A DNA stretch of 64,000 bases from assembly GCA_965221185.1 (NCBI GenBank), contig OZ244866.1, positions 1,289,992 through 1,353,991 on the forward strand, given 5' to 3'. Shown here piece by piece: positions 53,831 through 62,798 of this stretch. A program made the translations under genes and the position numbers. The notes under the pieces are model-generated. The model was not told where the DNA came from, did not search any database, and was given only the letters and a program-made list of their open reading frames with translations. Source of the DNA: Candidatus Aldehydirespirator sp. Lineage in GTDB: Bacteria; Actinomycetota; Acidimicrobiia; Acidimicrobiales; Aldehydirespiratoraceae. Positions within the stretch are counted from its first letter, which is position 1. Every line of letters starts with the position of its first letter.

Positions 53831-54004
53831 CCAGCCGGCTTGGAGCTTGGGGATCGTCTCCCGGGCGGATCAGCGGGAACCCGTTGGAGCGGCGTCTTGG
53901 GTGCTGAATCGGTTGGAGGTTGGCCCGTTCGGCATCCGCGGCGATGTCGGTCCGGAACCGAATGTCGGTGTCGATCGTGGCCTCGACAGTTCGCGATTTG
54001 GCCG

Positions 54005-54832
54005 CTACGCCGGATGCGTTGCTGATCGCTCGTGTGCAGTAGTTCCCGATTCGTTTCCTTCTGCCGCCGTGGCCGTAGCACTGGCGCGTAGAGACGGCGT
54101 GTGGCCGCAATTTGGGCACGACCGACTCGCGCCAAGGAGTTCTGCCATTTGCTCGTAAGCCAGGAGCGCATCGTTCTTGAGGAACCTCGCTGACACGTTC
54201 GCTGTCAGCAGGCCAAACAACGAGACCCCGCAGACCATGAGGACCACCGCGGCCGCACGCGCCGCGGTTGTGCCGGGACTGAGATCTCCGTAGCCGACGG
54301 TCGTGACCGTTGCGGCTGCCCACCACAGCGTGTCCTCCAGGGAGTCGATGCTGCCGCCGGCAGCGTGCTCTGCCTCATACACCGCTAGCACCGCCACCGC
54401 GGATAGTGCTGCGCACGACACTATGAGTGCCTTGCCGTGCAGACTCTTCCAGGCCCGCGTCATGGTTGTGGCTGCCTTGTGGGCGGCGATGAATGCACGC
54501 ACACCGCGCAGCAACTGAAGGGCTCGCAGCGCTCTGAGGGGACGTGCGACCGGCAACACGGACAGCACGACGATAGCTACGTCGTACCAGTGGCGAACCA
54601 AGTAGCTGCGCCTTGATCCGTCCACCAGAACAACACGGGTGATGAGGTCAGCAAAGAACACCGCCACCACGACCCATCCCGCCGCAGCGGCCAGCCAATG
54701 CCGATGCTCCAACAAGAACAGCGGCACGCTGGCTATCGCCAGCACCAGCATCACCGGCTCTGCCCGCCTCGAGTAGCTTCCCAGACGCCCCGGGTCCGAG
54801 CCCCGCCCCGGCGGCGACGATTCACTTGCCAT
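54005..54832 (-). CDS. voltage-gated-type potassium channel subunit
   Basis: The start at ATG 54832 has GGAGGA 7 nt upstream. The selectivity filter is TVTTVGYGD. An S4-like segment is RPLRALRALQLLRGVR. Confidence 0.8.
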   Translation of the reverse strand: MASESSPPGRGSDPGRLGSYSRRAEPVMLVLAIASVPLFLLEHRHWLAAAAGWVVVAVFFADLITRVVLVDGSRRSYLVRHWYDVAIVVLSVLPVARPLRALRALQLLRGVRAFIAAHKAATTMTRAWKSLHGKALIVSCAALSAVAVLAVYEAEHAAGGSIDSLEDTLWWAAATVTTVGYGDLSPGTTAARAAAVVLMVCGVSLFGLLTANVSARFLKNDALLAYEQMAELLGASRSCPNCGHTPSLRASATATAAEGNESGTTAHERSATHPA

Positions 54833-55008
54833 GCCACTTCCTCCTTCCTGCTGTATCTCCAGACGCTGAAGCAACAGCGCGGCACAGTACTGCGAGGCAC
54901 AACCCAGGTTCGACGCAGACGTGTAGTGGTTCTGGGATCGTGTCCGGTTTGGGGTCGCTGATTACGCAACATCGGGGTGCGAGCATGGCGCTGTGAGAGG
55001 AGCGTCAG

Positions 55009-55353
55009 ATGACCGATCCGTCGAAGTCCCGGGAGCGCAGCGGCCGCCGCAGGAGGCGGTTGTTGTCGCCTCAGCAGAAGTATGAGGCGTTCGTGCAGGT
55101 GCTCACCGGTGAGATGACAGTGGCCGAGTGCGCGGACCACTGGGGGGTGAACCGCTCCACGATCATGCGGGCCCGCGAGGTCGCCAAGCGCGGCGCGCTG
55201 GACGCGTTGGCGTCGTCTCGGCCCGGGGTGCGAGCCGACGGGGTGGATCCCGAGTTGGTGATGGCCCGAGACGAGGCGGCCCGGCTGGGCGAGGCGCTCA
55301 AGGAGATGGCTGTCAAGGTGACCTTGTTGGAGGGAAAAGAGCGTTGGGGGTGA
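55009..55353 (+). CDS. IS3 orfA (HTH transposase N-terminal protein)
   Basis: QQKYEAFVQVLTGEMTVAECADHWGVNRSTIMRAREV is the HTH. The leucine-zipper-like end is LGEALKEMAVKVTLLEGK. Confidence 0.8.
   Translation: MTDPSKSRERSGRRRRRLLSPQQKYEAFVQVLTGEMTVAECADHWGVNRSTIMRAREVAKRGALDALASSRPGVRADGVDPELVMARDEAARLGEALKEMAVKVTLLEGKERWG
55332..55338 (+). promoter_or_regulatory. -1 programmed ribosomal frameshift heptamer G GGA AAA
   Basis: The heptamer has the X XXY YYZ form in the orfA frame (GAG GGA AAA GAG), and orfB continues in the -1 frame (GGG AAA AGA). A downstream GGGGG...CCCCC hairpin is possible (about 55346-55370). Confidence 0.6.
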
Positions 55354-56387
55354 CCGCCTGTGTGCCCCCGCGTGTCGAAGCCGGCGTCAAAGCCGGCCTG
55401 TTGGAGCTCGTCGATCACGCCGTGGGGGCGGGATGGACGACGGCTCGGGCCTGTTCGGTGCTGGAGCTCGACGGCCGCCGGTGCCGCCGCTGGCGGCGCC
55501 GCCGCGAGGCCGGCCGCCTCGATGACGCCGCGGCGGGCGGCGTCGTGGTGCATGCCATCACCCCGTCGGAGAGACACGCGATCCTGGAGCTCTTCGAGCG
55601 CTGGGGCGAAATCGACGGCGGCTACCGCAAGCTCGCTCACCGCGGGTCCTATGAGGGGCTGGTGTGGGTGTCACCGTCGACGCTGTATCGCGTTCTCGCA
55701 GCCCAGGGGCTAGTTCTGCCCGCCCGGCCCCAGCGCTCACCGGCTGTGGCGCGGCCCATGCCCGACTGGGTGAGCTGGGAGCGCCACCAGATCTGGATCT
55801 ATGACATCACCCACTTCCCCAGAGCCGGACGCGTCGCCTACGCCATCCTCGATGTCGTAACCCGAAAATGGCTCGCCACCCTCGTCACCGCCGAGGAGAC
55901 CGCCACCCAAGTAGAGGTCGTGTTCTGCGACGCCCTCGACGCCGAGGGCCTGTGGCCCGCCGTCGAGGCCCGCCAAGCCGACGACGGCGACGAAGAACCG
56001 ATCCTGTTGGCCCTGTCAGACAACGGCCCCCAGATGAGAGCAGGCACCACCAGAGAGTTCCTGGCCCTCTGCTCCATCGCGTCCCGCTTCGGCCGGCCCG
56101 GCACCCCGACTGACCAGGCCTGGATCGAGACCCTCTTCGGGCACGTCAAGACCGAGTGGCCCCACCTCGAGAAGATCACCGACCCCGGCGAGCTGCGAGC
56201 CGAGCTGGAAGTAGCCCGAGACGACTACAACACCCGCCGCCTGCACGCCTCCCTCGGCTACGTAACCCCCGACGACGAGCACCAAGGACGAGGAGAGCGC
56301 ATCCGCCAGGCCCGACGAGACGGACTCAACCAGGCCCGCCTCGACCGCATCGCCTACCATCGCAACAACAACCAAAACCAGCCATGA
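55332..56387 (+). CDS. IS3 orfB (DDE integrase-core domain, expressed as an OrfAB fusion)
   Basis: The rve-type motifs are IWIYDITHF (D), LSDNGPQM (D) and the DQAWIETLFGHVKTEW (E) region. Confidence 0.8.
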   Translation, partial: GKRALGVTACVPPRVEAGVKAGLLELVDHAVGAGWTTARACSVLELDGRRCRRWRRRREAGRLDDAAAGGVVVHAITPSERHAILELFERWGEIDGGYRKLAHRGSYEGLVWVSPSTLYRVLAAQGLVLPARPQRSPAVARPMPDWVSWERHQIWIYDITHFPRAGRVAYAILDVVTRKWLATLVTAEETATQVEVVFCDALDAEGLWPAVEARQADDGDEEPILLALSDNGPQMRAGTTREFLALCSIASRFGRPGTPTDQAWIETLFGHVKTEWPHLEKITDPGELRAELEVARDDYNTRRLHASLGYVTPDDEHQGRGERIRQARRDGLNQARLDRIAYHRNNNQNQP

Positions 56388-56564
56388 ACCCGCCCGCCCA
56401 ATGCGGCGTAATCAAACCCCCAAAAGCGGACATTTACTCAGAAGCACCTCAGACGGGACAGACAGGTGAGCAAGGGGTCTTGGCCGCGGCTGCACGGGAA
56501 GGGAGTGCAATGCAGATTGGGGCTGTTTGAATGACGGGGCACCAGACGGGGGGCGATCTTCTCG

Positions 56565-57416
56565 ATGCGAGCAATGGAAACGTCGTCTTCTGGCTTCGTG
56601 TACTCCGACACCGGCGGTGACGGGCCTGTCGTGGTCTTCCTGCACGGGGTGCTGATGAACGGCACCTTGTGGGACGACGTCGTCGACAGGCTGCGCGGCC
56701 GCTACCGCTGCATCGTGCCTGAGCTTCCCTTCGGCGCGCACCGCACGCCGATGCCTGCCGACGCGGATCTGACGCTCCAATCGATCGCCAAGATGATCGC
56801 CGGCTTTGTCGCCGAGCTCGATCTCCACGACGTCACGCTCGTGTGCAACGACTGGGGCGGCGCCCAGCTTGTGATCAGCCCGGGCGGCTCGGATCGCGTC
56901 GCCAACCTCGTTCTCGTGTCCTGCGAGGCGTTCGACAACTATCCGCCCGGCCTGCCCGGGCGGCTGCTGTGCCTCAACGCGTCGTTGCCGGGCGGCACCT
57001 TCATGACGTCGCAGCTCTTGCGTCCGCGCCTGCTGCGGCACCTGCCGATCACCTTCGGCGGCCTGTCGAAGAAGCGGGTGCCGAACGAGCAGTTCATGAG
57101 CTGGATCGAGCCGCTGCGCCACGATCCGAGGGCACGCCGGGATCTCGACAAGTACCTCTGCAACGTGCCGAAGAAGACACAGTTGCTCGAATGGGCCGAG
57201 CAGCAGCGCGCCTTCACGGGATCCGTCCTGGTGGTGTGGGCCCGCGAGGACAAGCTGATGCCACCCGAGCACGCTGAGCGTCTAGCCGCGCACTTCGAGA
57301 ATGCCGAGCTCATCTGGATCGACGACAGCGGCACGCTCATCCCGATCGACCAGCCCGAAACTCTCGTCGGCCACCTCGAACGCTTCCTCGCACGCGCCAC
57401 AGCAGCCGAACGGTGA
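56565..57416 (+). CDS. alpha/beta hydrolase (haloalkane-dehalogenase-like)
   Basis: Motifs are VVFLHGVLMNGTLW, a nucleophile region VCNDWGGAQ, and C-terminal WIDDSGTLIPIDQPE. Confidence 0.75.
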   Translation: MRAMETSSSGFVYSDTGGDGPVVVFLHGVLMNGTLWDDVVDRLRGRYRCIVPELPFGAHRTPMPADADLTLQSIAKMIAGFVAELDLHDVTLVCNDWGGAQLVISPGGSDRVANLVLVSCEAFDNYPPGLPGRLLCLNASLPGGTFMTSQLLRPRLLRHLPITFGGLSKKRVPNEQFMSWIEPLRHDPRARRDLDKYLCNVPKKTQLLEWAEQQRAFTGSVLVVWAREDKLMPPEHAERLAAHFENAELIWIDDSGTLIPIDQPETLVGHLERFLARATAAER

Positions 57417-57544
57417 CCGCGTGGACGCCACCAGCTTCGAGATCATGCGCCGTGAACGCATCACCGAGACCCTCGCGTTCGACGGCGACTTCAGTACGAC
57501 CCTGATCGGTGACCTGACCTCGGAATGGTCGCTGCGAACTCGAG

Positions 57545-58195
57545 TCAGGGCGACTCGAACTTGTCCACAAGCGACTTCAGGCGCCGTGCCGCGCCGGTAG
57601 CCGCGGACTTGGAGACCTTCGCTGCTGCCGTAGCGGCCGGGCCCACCGCCCGTGCCGCGCCGGTGGCCGCGGACTTGGAGACCTTCGCTGCCGTCGTAGC
57701 GGCCGGGCCCACCGCCCGTGCCGCGCCGGTGGCCGCGGACTTGGAGACCTTCGCTGCCGTCGTAGCAGCCGGGCCCACCGCCCGTGCCGCGCCGGTGGCC
57801 GCGGACTTGGAGACCTTGGCTGCCGTCGTAGCGGCCGGGCCCACCGCCCGTGCCGCGGTAACGGCAGCGCGGCTGGCTCCGTGCGCGGCCTGGTCAACGG
57901 GAACTCCAAGACGACGGGCCACAGTGACCCCACCCACGGCGATGAGACCGCCAGCCGCCACAGCTCCAGCGAGGGGCAGGGCGACCGCTGCACCGGCAGC
58001 TGCAATGCCTGCGCTACCCCAGCCCAGGAGCGAGCCCGCAACCACGCCGCCCACGGTTCCCGCAGCCGCCTCGGTGACCAGAGAGCCGCGACCAGGCGCG
58101 CCCCCGTCGGAATCGGGCGGTACGCCGTCGTGTCCGCCCTCACCCAGACCGGTGTTGGCCATCGGGGACTCGATGTCGTGATCCGGCTGTTCCAT
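57545..58195 (-). CDS. Gly/Ala-rich membrane-associated protein with four 22-aa tandem repeats
   Basis: The start at ATG 58195 has GAGGAGA about 10 nt upstream. A glycine-zipper-like hydrophobic core is GTVGGVVAGSLLGWGSAGIAAAGAAVALPLAGAVAAGGLIAVGG. It is followed by 4 copies of GAARAVGPAATTAAKVSKSAAT. Confidence 0.6.
   Translation of the reverse strand: MEQPDHDIESPMANTGLGEGGHDGVPPDSDGGAPGRGSLVTEAAAGTVGGVVAGSLLGWGSAGIAAAGAAVALPLAGAVAAGGLIAVGGVTVARRLGVPVDQAAHGASRAAVTAARAVGPAATTAAKVSKSAATGAARAVGPAATTAAKVSKSAATGAARAVGPAATTAAKVSKSAATGAARAVGPAATAAAKVSKSAATGAARRLKSLVDKFESP
57586..57849. repeat. 4 x 66-bp tandem repeat (coding)
   Basis: Units start at 57586, 57652, 57718 and 57784: gtgccgcgccggtRgccgcggacttggagaccttSgctgcYgYcgtagcRgccgggcccaccgccc. 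A partial fifth unit starts at 57850. Confidence 0.9.
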
Positions 58196-58356
58196 GTCTG
58201 CTGCTCTCCTCAACCATCGACCAACGTTGCGGGCGGGATGCTAACGGCCTCCCACTGATCCGAAACAGGAGTGATGCTGACTGTTTCGGCTGGCAACGAA
58301 ATAGCCGACGCATGGTACTAGCAGAGCCGGCGGCTACAGGTCGTGCGTGACGTGGT

Positions 58357-58593
58357 TCAGGACTGCTCGGCCTGGAGAGTGCGGTCGACGGCTCGGCGAA
58401 TCCAGGACGAAACGGAGCGGTCGTCGGCGTCAGCGGCCGCCTTGACCCGATCGAGCATCTCGGGTGGGAAACGCACGGGCACGGGATCGGTCATGCGCTG
58501 CTTCCGGCGCCGCGCCGGTCCCTGGGGCACCTGATTCTCGGGCTTGCCGTTGAACTCGTACTCCTCTTCGGGGGTCATGTCTCCGACGTTCAT
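58357..58593 (-). CDS. ribbon-helix-helix antitoxin-like protein (BrnA-like arrangement)
   Basis: ATG 58593 overlaps the upstream stop (ATGA). The C-terminal RHH is VPVRFPPEMLDRVKAAADADDRSVSSWIRRAVDRTL. Confidence 0.55.
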   Translation of the reverse strand: MNVGDMTPEEEYEFNGKPENQVPQGPARRRKQRMTDPVPVRFPPEMLDRVKAAADADDRSVSSWIRRAVDRTLQAEQS

Positions 58594-58901
58594 CGGTCCT
58601 CCCGGTAGCGGGCGGCTAGGTGCCCCGAGGCGACGAAACAGCCGATTGGGCGGCACTTGCTCGGGTCACCGGACCGGCCCGGCGCGAGGGGGACCACCAG
58701 CACTAGTCCGCCGACCTGCGAAACCATCAGCCAGTGGGCTGGCGGCCTTGAGGGGTAGAAGAGCGTACCGCTGTGCCCCACATCGAAGATGTCGGCAATC
58801 CCGAGCGGACCGTGCTTGAAGAGATGCGGAGCCTGGCCGGTGATCTCAAATGGGTCATGGTCATCAAGGAGGTCTGTGTCGAACGGAGTCGTTGCCATCA
58901 T
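58590..58901 (-). CDS. toxin-like protein upstream of the RHH gene (BrnT/RelE-superfamily-like, tentative)
   Basis: 103 aa, with toxin-first gene order and ATGA coupling. APHLFKHGPLGIADIFDV...HWLMVSQVGGLVLVVPLAP loosely resembles the BrnT pattern. Confidence 0.4.
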   Translation of the reverse strand: MMATTPFDTDLLDDHDPFEITGQAPHLFKHGPLGIADIFDVGHSGTLFYPSRPPAHWLMVSQVGGLVLVVPLAPGRSGDPSKCRPIGCFVASGHLAARYREDR

Positions 58902-59096
58902 AGTGTATTACGAACGACTACACACAGCGCCGGGTGGAACGTTGCCAAGCCCGTGGTCTGCGCACCGCTGTCTGGACTCAAATCAGGGCCCGCGTCGTCG
59001 CTGCGCCGCCGCATTGAGTTTCAGAAGGTAGATTGTTTCGCTAGTATTGAAACAGTATGGTTTCCGAATCATAGATATGGATCGTGGGGTTCATCA

Positions 59097-60173
59097 GTGT
59101 CAAGCAACCTTCCGCCTCGTGAGATCCTCATCGTTCGCCGCGTCGAACGGTTCCTAGCCGAGCGTCTGCCCGCGGGCTGGTCGCTGCGCGCCGAGCACGA
59201 TGTGCGCGTTGGACGCTCCCGGCTCGACCTGCTTGCGGGCATCACTTCCCCGAGCGGCGAGAACGCCGTTCTCGCGGTGGAAGTCAAGCGTAAGATGGAG
59301 CCCCGCAATGTGGGCCGGGCTGCCCAGCAGGTCTTGGCAATGGCCAGCCAGAGAGCACCGGCTGCGGTCCCGGTGGTGGCTTCGTCCTATCTGTCGCCCC
59401 GCTCACGGGAGCTGTTGGAGAGTCTCGGCGTCGGGTACATGGACATCACTGGCAACGCTCGGATCGAGGTGTCCGAACCCGGGCTCTTCATCTCCACGTC
59501 GGGCGCCGACCGGGACCCGTGGCCCCAGGACGACGAGCTGCAGTCGCTTCGAGGCCGGGGGGCAGCGCGCGCCGTCAGAGCGATCATCGACAGCGCGCCA
59601 CCGTTCGGGGTTCGAGACCTCGCTACGGCCACGGGCACTTCCGCGGCGACGCTCTCGCGTGTGCTGGAGCTGCTGGAGCGAGAGGACATCATTGCCCGTG
59701 AGAGGCGGGGCCCGGTGCTGGGCGTGGACTGGCAGGCCGCGATCCGAAGATGGGCCCAGGACTACGACCAGACAGCCTCCAACACCGCGACGACCTACCT
59801 TGAACCCCGCGGAATGCCTGCGCTTGAGAAGGCGCTCGCGGGGACCGGGCTCCGCTATGCCGCGACGGGGGCGTTCGCGGCGCAGCGCTTCGATCCGATC
59901 GCGCCAGCCAGAGCCGCCGCCCTCTACGTGGACGATGCCTACGAGGCCGCCGACCGGCTCGGGCTCCGTGAGGCCGACGCCGGCGCCAACGTCGTGCTGC
60001 TGGAGCCGTTCGACCCTGTCGTGTTTGACCGGACCGTCACCCGCGGTGGGCTTCGATGCGTCGCCCCCAGCCAGCTTGCTGTGGATCTGCTCACGGGACC
60101 GGGACGCGAACCGCCACAAGGCGAGGAACTGCTCCGCTGGATGCAGGACAACGAGAATGCCTGGCGAGCCTGA
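59097..60173 (+). CDS. wHTH regulator with N-terminal PD-(D/E)xK-like region (AbiEi-like antitoxin candidate)
   Basis: GTG 59097 follows an A/T-rich stretch. Features are SRLDLLAG...AVLAVEVKRK and a wHTH FGVRDLATATGTSAATLSRVLELLEREDII. The stop overlaps the start of an NTase-fold gene. Confidence 0.45.
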   Translation: MSSNLPPREILIVRRVERFLAERLPAGWSLRAEHDVRVGRSRLDLLAGITSPSGENAVLAVEVKRKMEPRNVGRAAQQVLAMASQRAPAAVPVVASSYLSPRSRELLESLGVGYMDITGNARIEVSEPGLFISTSGADRDPWPQDDELQSLRGRGAARAVRAIIDSAPPFGVRDLATATGTSAATLSRVLELLEREDIIARERRGPVLGVDWQAAIRRWAQDYDQTASNTATTYLEPRGMPALEKALAGTGLRYAATGAFAAQRFDPIAPARAAALYVDDAYEAADRLGLREADAGANVVLLEPFDPVVFDRTVTRGGLRCVAPSQLAVDLLTGPGREPPQGEELLRWMQDNENAWRA

Positions 60174-60591
60174 CCCTCAGTACGTCCGCGCTCGTCGCGT
60201 CTTGCTGGATGCGGCCGACGCCCTTGCCGCACATCTCGACTCAGTCGTGCTCGTCGGCGCCCAAGCGGTCTACCTCCACACCGGCGAGGCCGAGCTGTTC
60301 GATGCCGCAGCCCCCTATGCCACCGACGCCGACCTCGCCATCGGACCAGCCGATCTCGCAGACTCGCCTCTGCTGGACGAACTGCTGATCCGACGCGGCT
60401 TCACACTGCGTGAGTCCCCCGGCAGATGGGTCAGTCCCGACGGCATCTACGTCGATCTCATGGTGCCCGAAGCCCTGGCGGGTCCGCGCCGCAGGGCCCA
60501 ACGCCGCTCCGGACACGATCGCAGCATCGCTCACTGCTTTGGTGTCGGACCTGCTCTCAGCGCTCTGACGCCCGCAAACTTCCTGGCCTGA
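60157..60591 (+). pseudogene. nucleotidyltransferase-fold toxin-like gene (AbiEii/GSU2403-like), 3' half replaced
   Basis: VLVGAQAVYLHTG...YATDADLAI is the NTase G[SA]...DxD motif, followed by VDLMVPEALAG. Homology then degrades and the frame runs into the 127-bp repeat at 60571. Confidence 0.5.
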
Positions 60592-60697
60592 CGCTCCAGG
60601 TCAGGCTGCCGAAGGCTCAAAGGACGACACGACGAACCAGGCCCGCCGAGCGATCTCGCTGGAGAAGCTCCCAGCCTTGGCCTGCTCCTGAAGTTCC
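60571..60697. repeat. 127-bp repeat, copy 1 (orphan copy of the junction between genes 62702..62908 and 62047..62721)
   Basis: It aligns with 62672-62798 at a constant offset of 2101, with about 5 mismatches by eye. Confidence 0.9.
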
Positions 60698-60750
60698 AAC
60701 GGCACGTTCGAGTATCAGGCCAACCACTGGGCAGCTGACGGACAGCGTTG

Positions 60751-61056
60751 TCAGTGTGCGGGAGCGAGGTCGATGGTGAGTTCGAGGCCCAGCGCGGCAG
60801 CGGCCTTTTGCAGCGTCGTGAGTGTGGCGCTGGTGCCGCCGGCCTCGAGGCGAGCCACCGCTGCTTGGCTGGTGGACATTCGCACAGCTAGCTCTCGTTG
60901 GCTGAGTCCGGCCGCCTCGCGGGCTTCTCGGACCTTCTCGCCGACGTCGATGGCCAGGCGGGCCGTGGTGAGCGCCTCGTCGAATTCGGCCCGCTCGGCG
61001 CTGGTCATGGCGTTGACCCGCCGGTTGCGCAGTTCCTCGATAGTCGTGCGACCCAT
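60751..61056 (-). CDS. higA: XRE-family HTH antitoxin (HigA-like)
   Basis: The HTH is AREAAGLSQRELAVRMSTSQAAVARLEAG. The ATG overlaps the toxin stop (TAATG). The symbol is tentative. Confidence 0.7.
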   Translation of the reverse strand: MGRTTIEELRNRRVNAMTSAERAEFDEALTTARLAIDVGEKVREAREAAGLSQRELAVRMSTSQAAVARLEAGGTSATLTTLQKAAAALGLELTIDLAPAH

Positions 61057-61409
61057 TAGTCGTCCTCCTCGGCCGTGTGTCCTTCAGCGATGCAGCGCCG
61101 CATGGCTTGGCGAGCGCGCCGGATCTCGACCCGCTCGGTCTGTCGTTGTTTGCGGGACGCGGTCAGCAGCACGACTCGGCGGCCGTCCGCGAAGTAGTAG
61201 GTGATGCGCCGCTGTGTTCGGCCGACATCGATGCGTAGTTCGAAGAGGCCCTCGCCCAGCGACCGCGACGCTGGCACCCGCAGTTGGCTGCCGCGTTCTG
61301 AGAGCCGCTCGACGGCTGCGAGCACGGTCGCGAACTCCTTCACCGGCAGGGAATCGATCCATTTCTCAACTTCCGACTCTACCTCCACCGACCACATGAC
61401 ATCAAACAT
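61056..61409 (-). CDS. higB: RelE/HigB-type toxin (phage Gp49-like, DUF891-like)
   Basis: The start is at ATG 61409: MFDVMWSVEVESEVEKWIDSLP...LGEGLFELRIDVGRTQRRITYYFADGRRVVLLT. The symbol is tentative. Confidence 0.65.
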   Translation of the reverse strand: MFDVMWSVEVESEVEKWIDSLPVKEFATVLAAVERLSERGSQLRVPASRSLGEGLFELRIDVGRTQRRITYYFADGRRVVLLTASRKQRQTERVEIRRARQAMRRCIAEGHTAEEDD

Positions 61410-61653
61410 GATATCGCGGCGGCTTGGATCCACCGGACTCGGCGAGCCAGCAAGGACGCCGCGCTGACACCATCTACGGGCCGGCCGCGACCAGGTTGTT
61501 GAGGTCTGAGGACAGGTCACTCGCCAACAGGGCCTGCGCCGCTGCCATCACCTGCGCCGTGCGCTCCGCCGTCGCGTCCAGCGCCGTCCGGCCGCCCGCG
61601 CTCAGCTTCTCAGCGACCACCGCACCAGGTTTGATCTCGGCCGCCCGTCGGAG

Positions 61654-61970
61654 AGGCCCTGGCGGAGATCGTGGAGCGGTGGCAGGGAACGGAAAAGCGG
61701 TACCGACACCCCCGCTCGCCACAGACAGCAAAGCAGCGGGCCTACGTCCGCGACTGGGCCGAACCGTCACCGGGAGGCGCCGTGTGAGCGAAGCCGCTCA
61801 GCGGGACCGGTTCCGGGGCTGCCTGCTGGGACTGGCCGCGGGCGATGCGCTCGGCACCACGCTCGAGTTCAAGCGGCCCGGGTCGTTCGAGCTGATCGAC
61901 GACATGGTCGGCGGTGGCTCGTTCCGCCTTCAGCCCAGCCAGTTGACTGACGACACGTCAACGGCACTGC
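61654..61970 (+). pseudogene. second, more truncated copy of the phosphatase 3' end plus the ARH 5' fragment
   Basis: It aligns with 50964-51280 at offset 10690 and is clearly similar but diverged. It encodes ...[35 protein letters not shown] followed by [45 protein letters not shown]. Confidence 0.75.
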
Positions 61971-62046
61971 CCCACCTCGCCCCCGGAACCCAACGCGAAT
62001 CTTGGTTAGCGCAGAACGCGAGTCTCGATGAGCGCTGACGCGCCGT

Positions 62047-62721
62047 TCAGGCGGCTGGCTCGGTCACGTGCCAGCCGTCGCGCTTGAGTGCGTCGGCGGC
62101 TGCTTCGGGGTTGCGGTGCACCGCTGCCCGGAGCTGCAAGTGAAGGTATTCGTCTCTGGACTTGTTCAGCGCTTGCTTCCATCCGTCGCGCGGAGTGACG
62201 AGGCGTTCCAGGATGCAGAACTCGATGATGTCCTCCAGGCACGGCCGGAACCGCCGACCCCCGACGGGCAGGTGGAGGTCGGCCGGTTTGCTCTTGTCGC
62301 GCCCGCTGGCATGCAGCATCCTGGAGAGGACGTCGGATTCGCCGTGGATGTGGATGTGCGCCTCGGGGAACTTGTTGGGCGGCTCCCTCACAAAGTCGTA
62401 GGTGAGGATCGAAGTCGTGTCGTCATGCTCCTGGAGCGTGTAGCTGCTCTTGCTGGTGGTCAGGAAGGCGCCGGAATCGTCGAGTTCGAGCGTGTGCAGG
62501 ACACTGACGTAGAGGCGCGCCGACGCCTGCGAGACAGTCAGGGGGACGCAGTCGCCAACTGGGTTGGCCTCGCTCACTTTGTAGCCGACCACGGCGCGCC
62601 CGCGGCGGTCCATGTACGACCGCATGCGGACGCCATGGGTGACGGTGCCATTGAGAAGCTCTGTGAGGTCGCCCGCGAACTTCCTGGCCTGACGCTCGAG
62701 GTCAGGCTGTCGAAGGCTCAA
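62047..62721 (-). CDS. hypothetical protein (224 aa)
   Basis: Clean ORF: MSLRQPDLERQARKFAGDLTELLNG...PEAHIHIHGESDVLSRML.... I recognise no family. The start overlaps the upstream small gene by 20 nt. Confidence 0.55.
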   Translation of the reverse strand: MSLRQPDLERQARKFAGDLTELLNGTVTHGVRMRSYMDRRGRAVVGYKVSEANPVGDCVPLTVSQASARLYVSVLHTLELDDSGAFLTTSKSSYTLQEHDDTTSILTYDFVREPPNKFPEAHIHIHGESDVLSRMLHASGRDKSKPADLHLPVGGRRFRPCLEDIIEFCILERLVTPRDGWKQALNKSRDEYLHLQLRAAVHRNPEAAADALKRDGWHVTEPAA

Positions 62722-62798
62722 AGGACGACACGACGAACCAGGCCCGCCGAGCGATCTCGCTGGAGAAGCTTCCAGCCTTGGCCTGCTCCTGAAGCTCC
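62672..62798. repeat. 127-bp repeat, copy 2 (in its native gene context)
   Basis: See copy 1. Confidence 0.9.

Larger units (their letters stand above)
54959..56414 (+). mobile_element. IS3-family insertion sequence (apparently intact)
   Basis: The inverted repeats are TGATTACGCAACATCGGGG at 54959 and CCCAATGCGGCGTAATCA ending at 56414 (reverse complement TGATTACGCCGCATTGGG). It has orfA/orfB with a -1 frameshift site. I see no matching 3-4 bp flanking duplication (..TCGC versus AACC..). Confidence 0.8.

Noticed and set aside
57586-57849. The tandem repeat array as a possible CRISPR
   Set aside because: The units are contiguous 66-mers with no unique spacers, lie fully inside an ORF and keep the reading frame. 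This is a coding tandem repeat, not a CRISPR.
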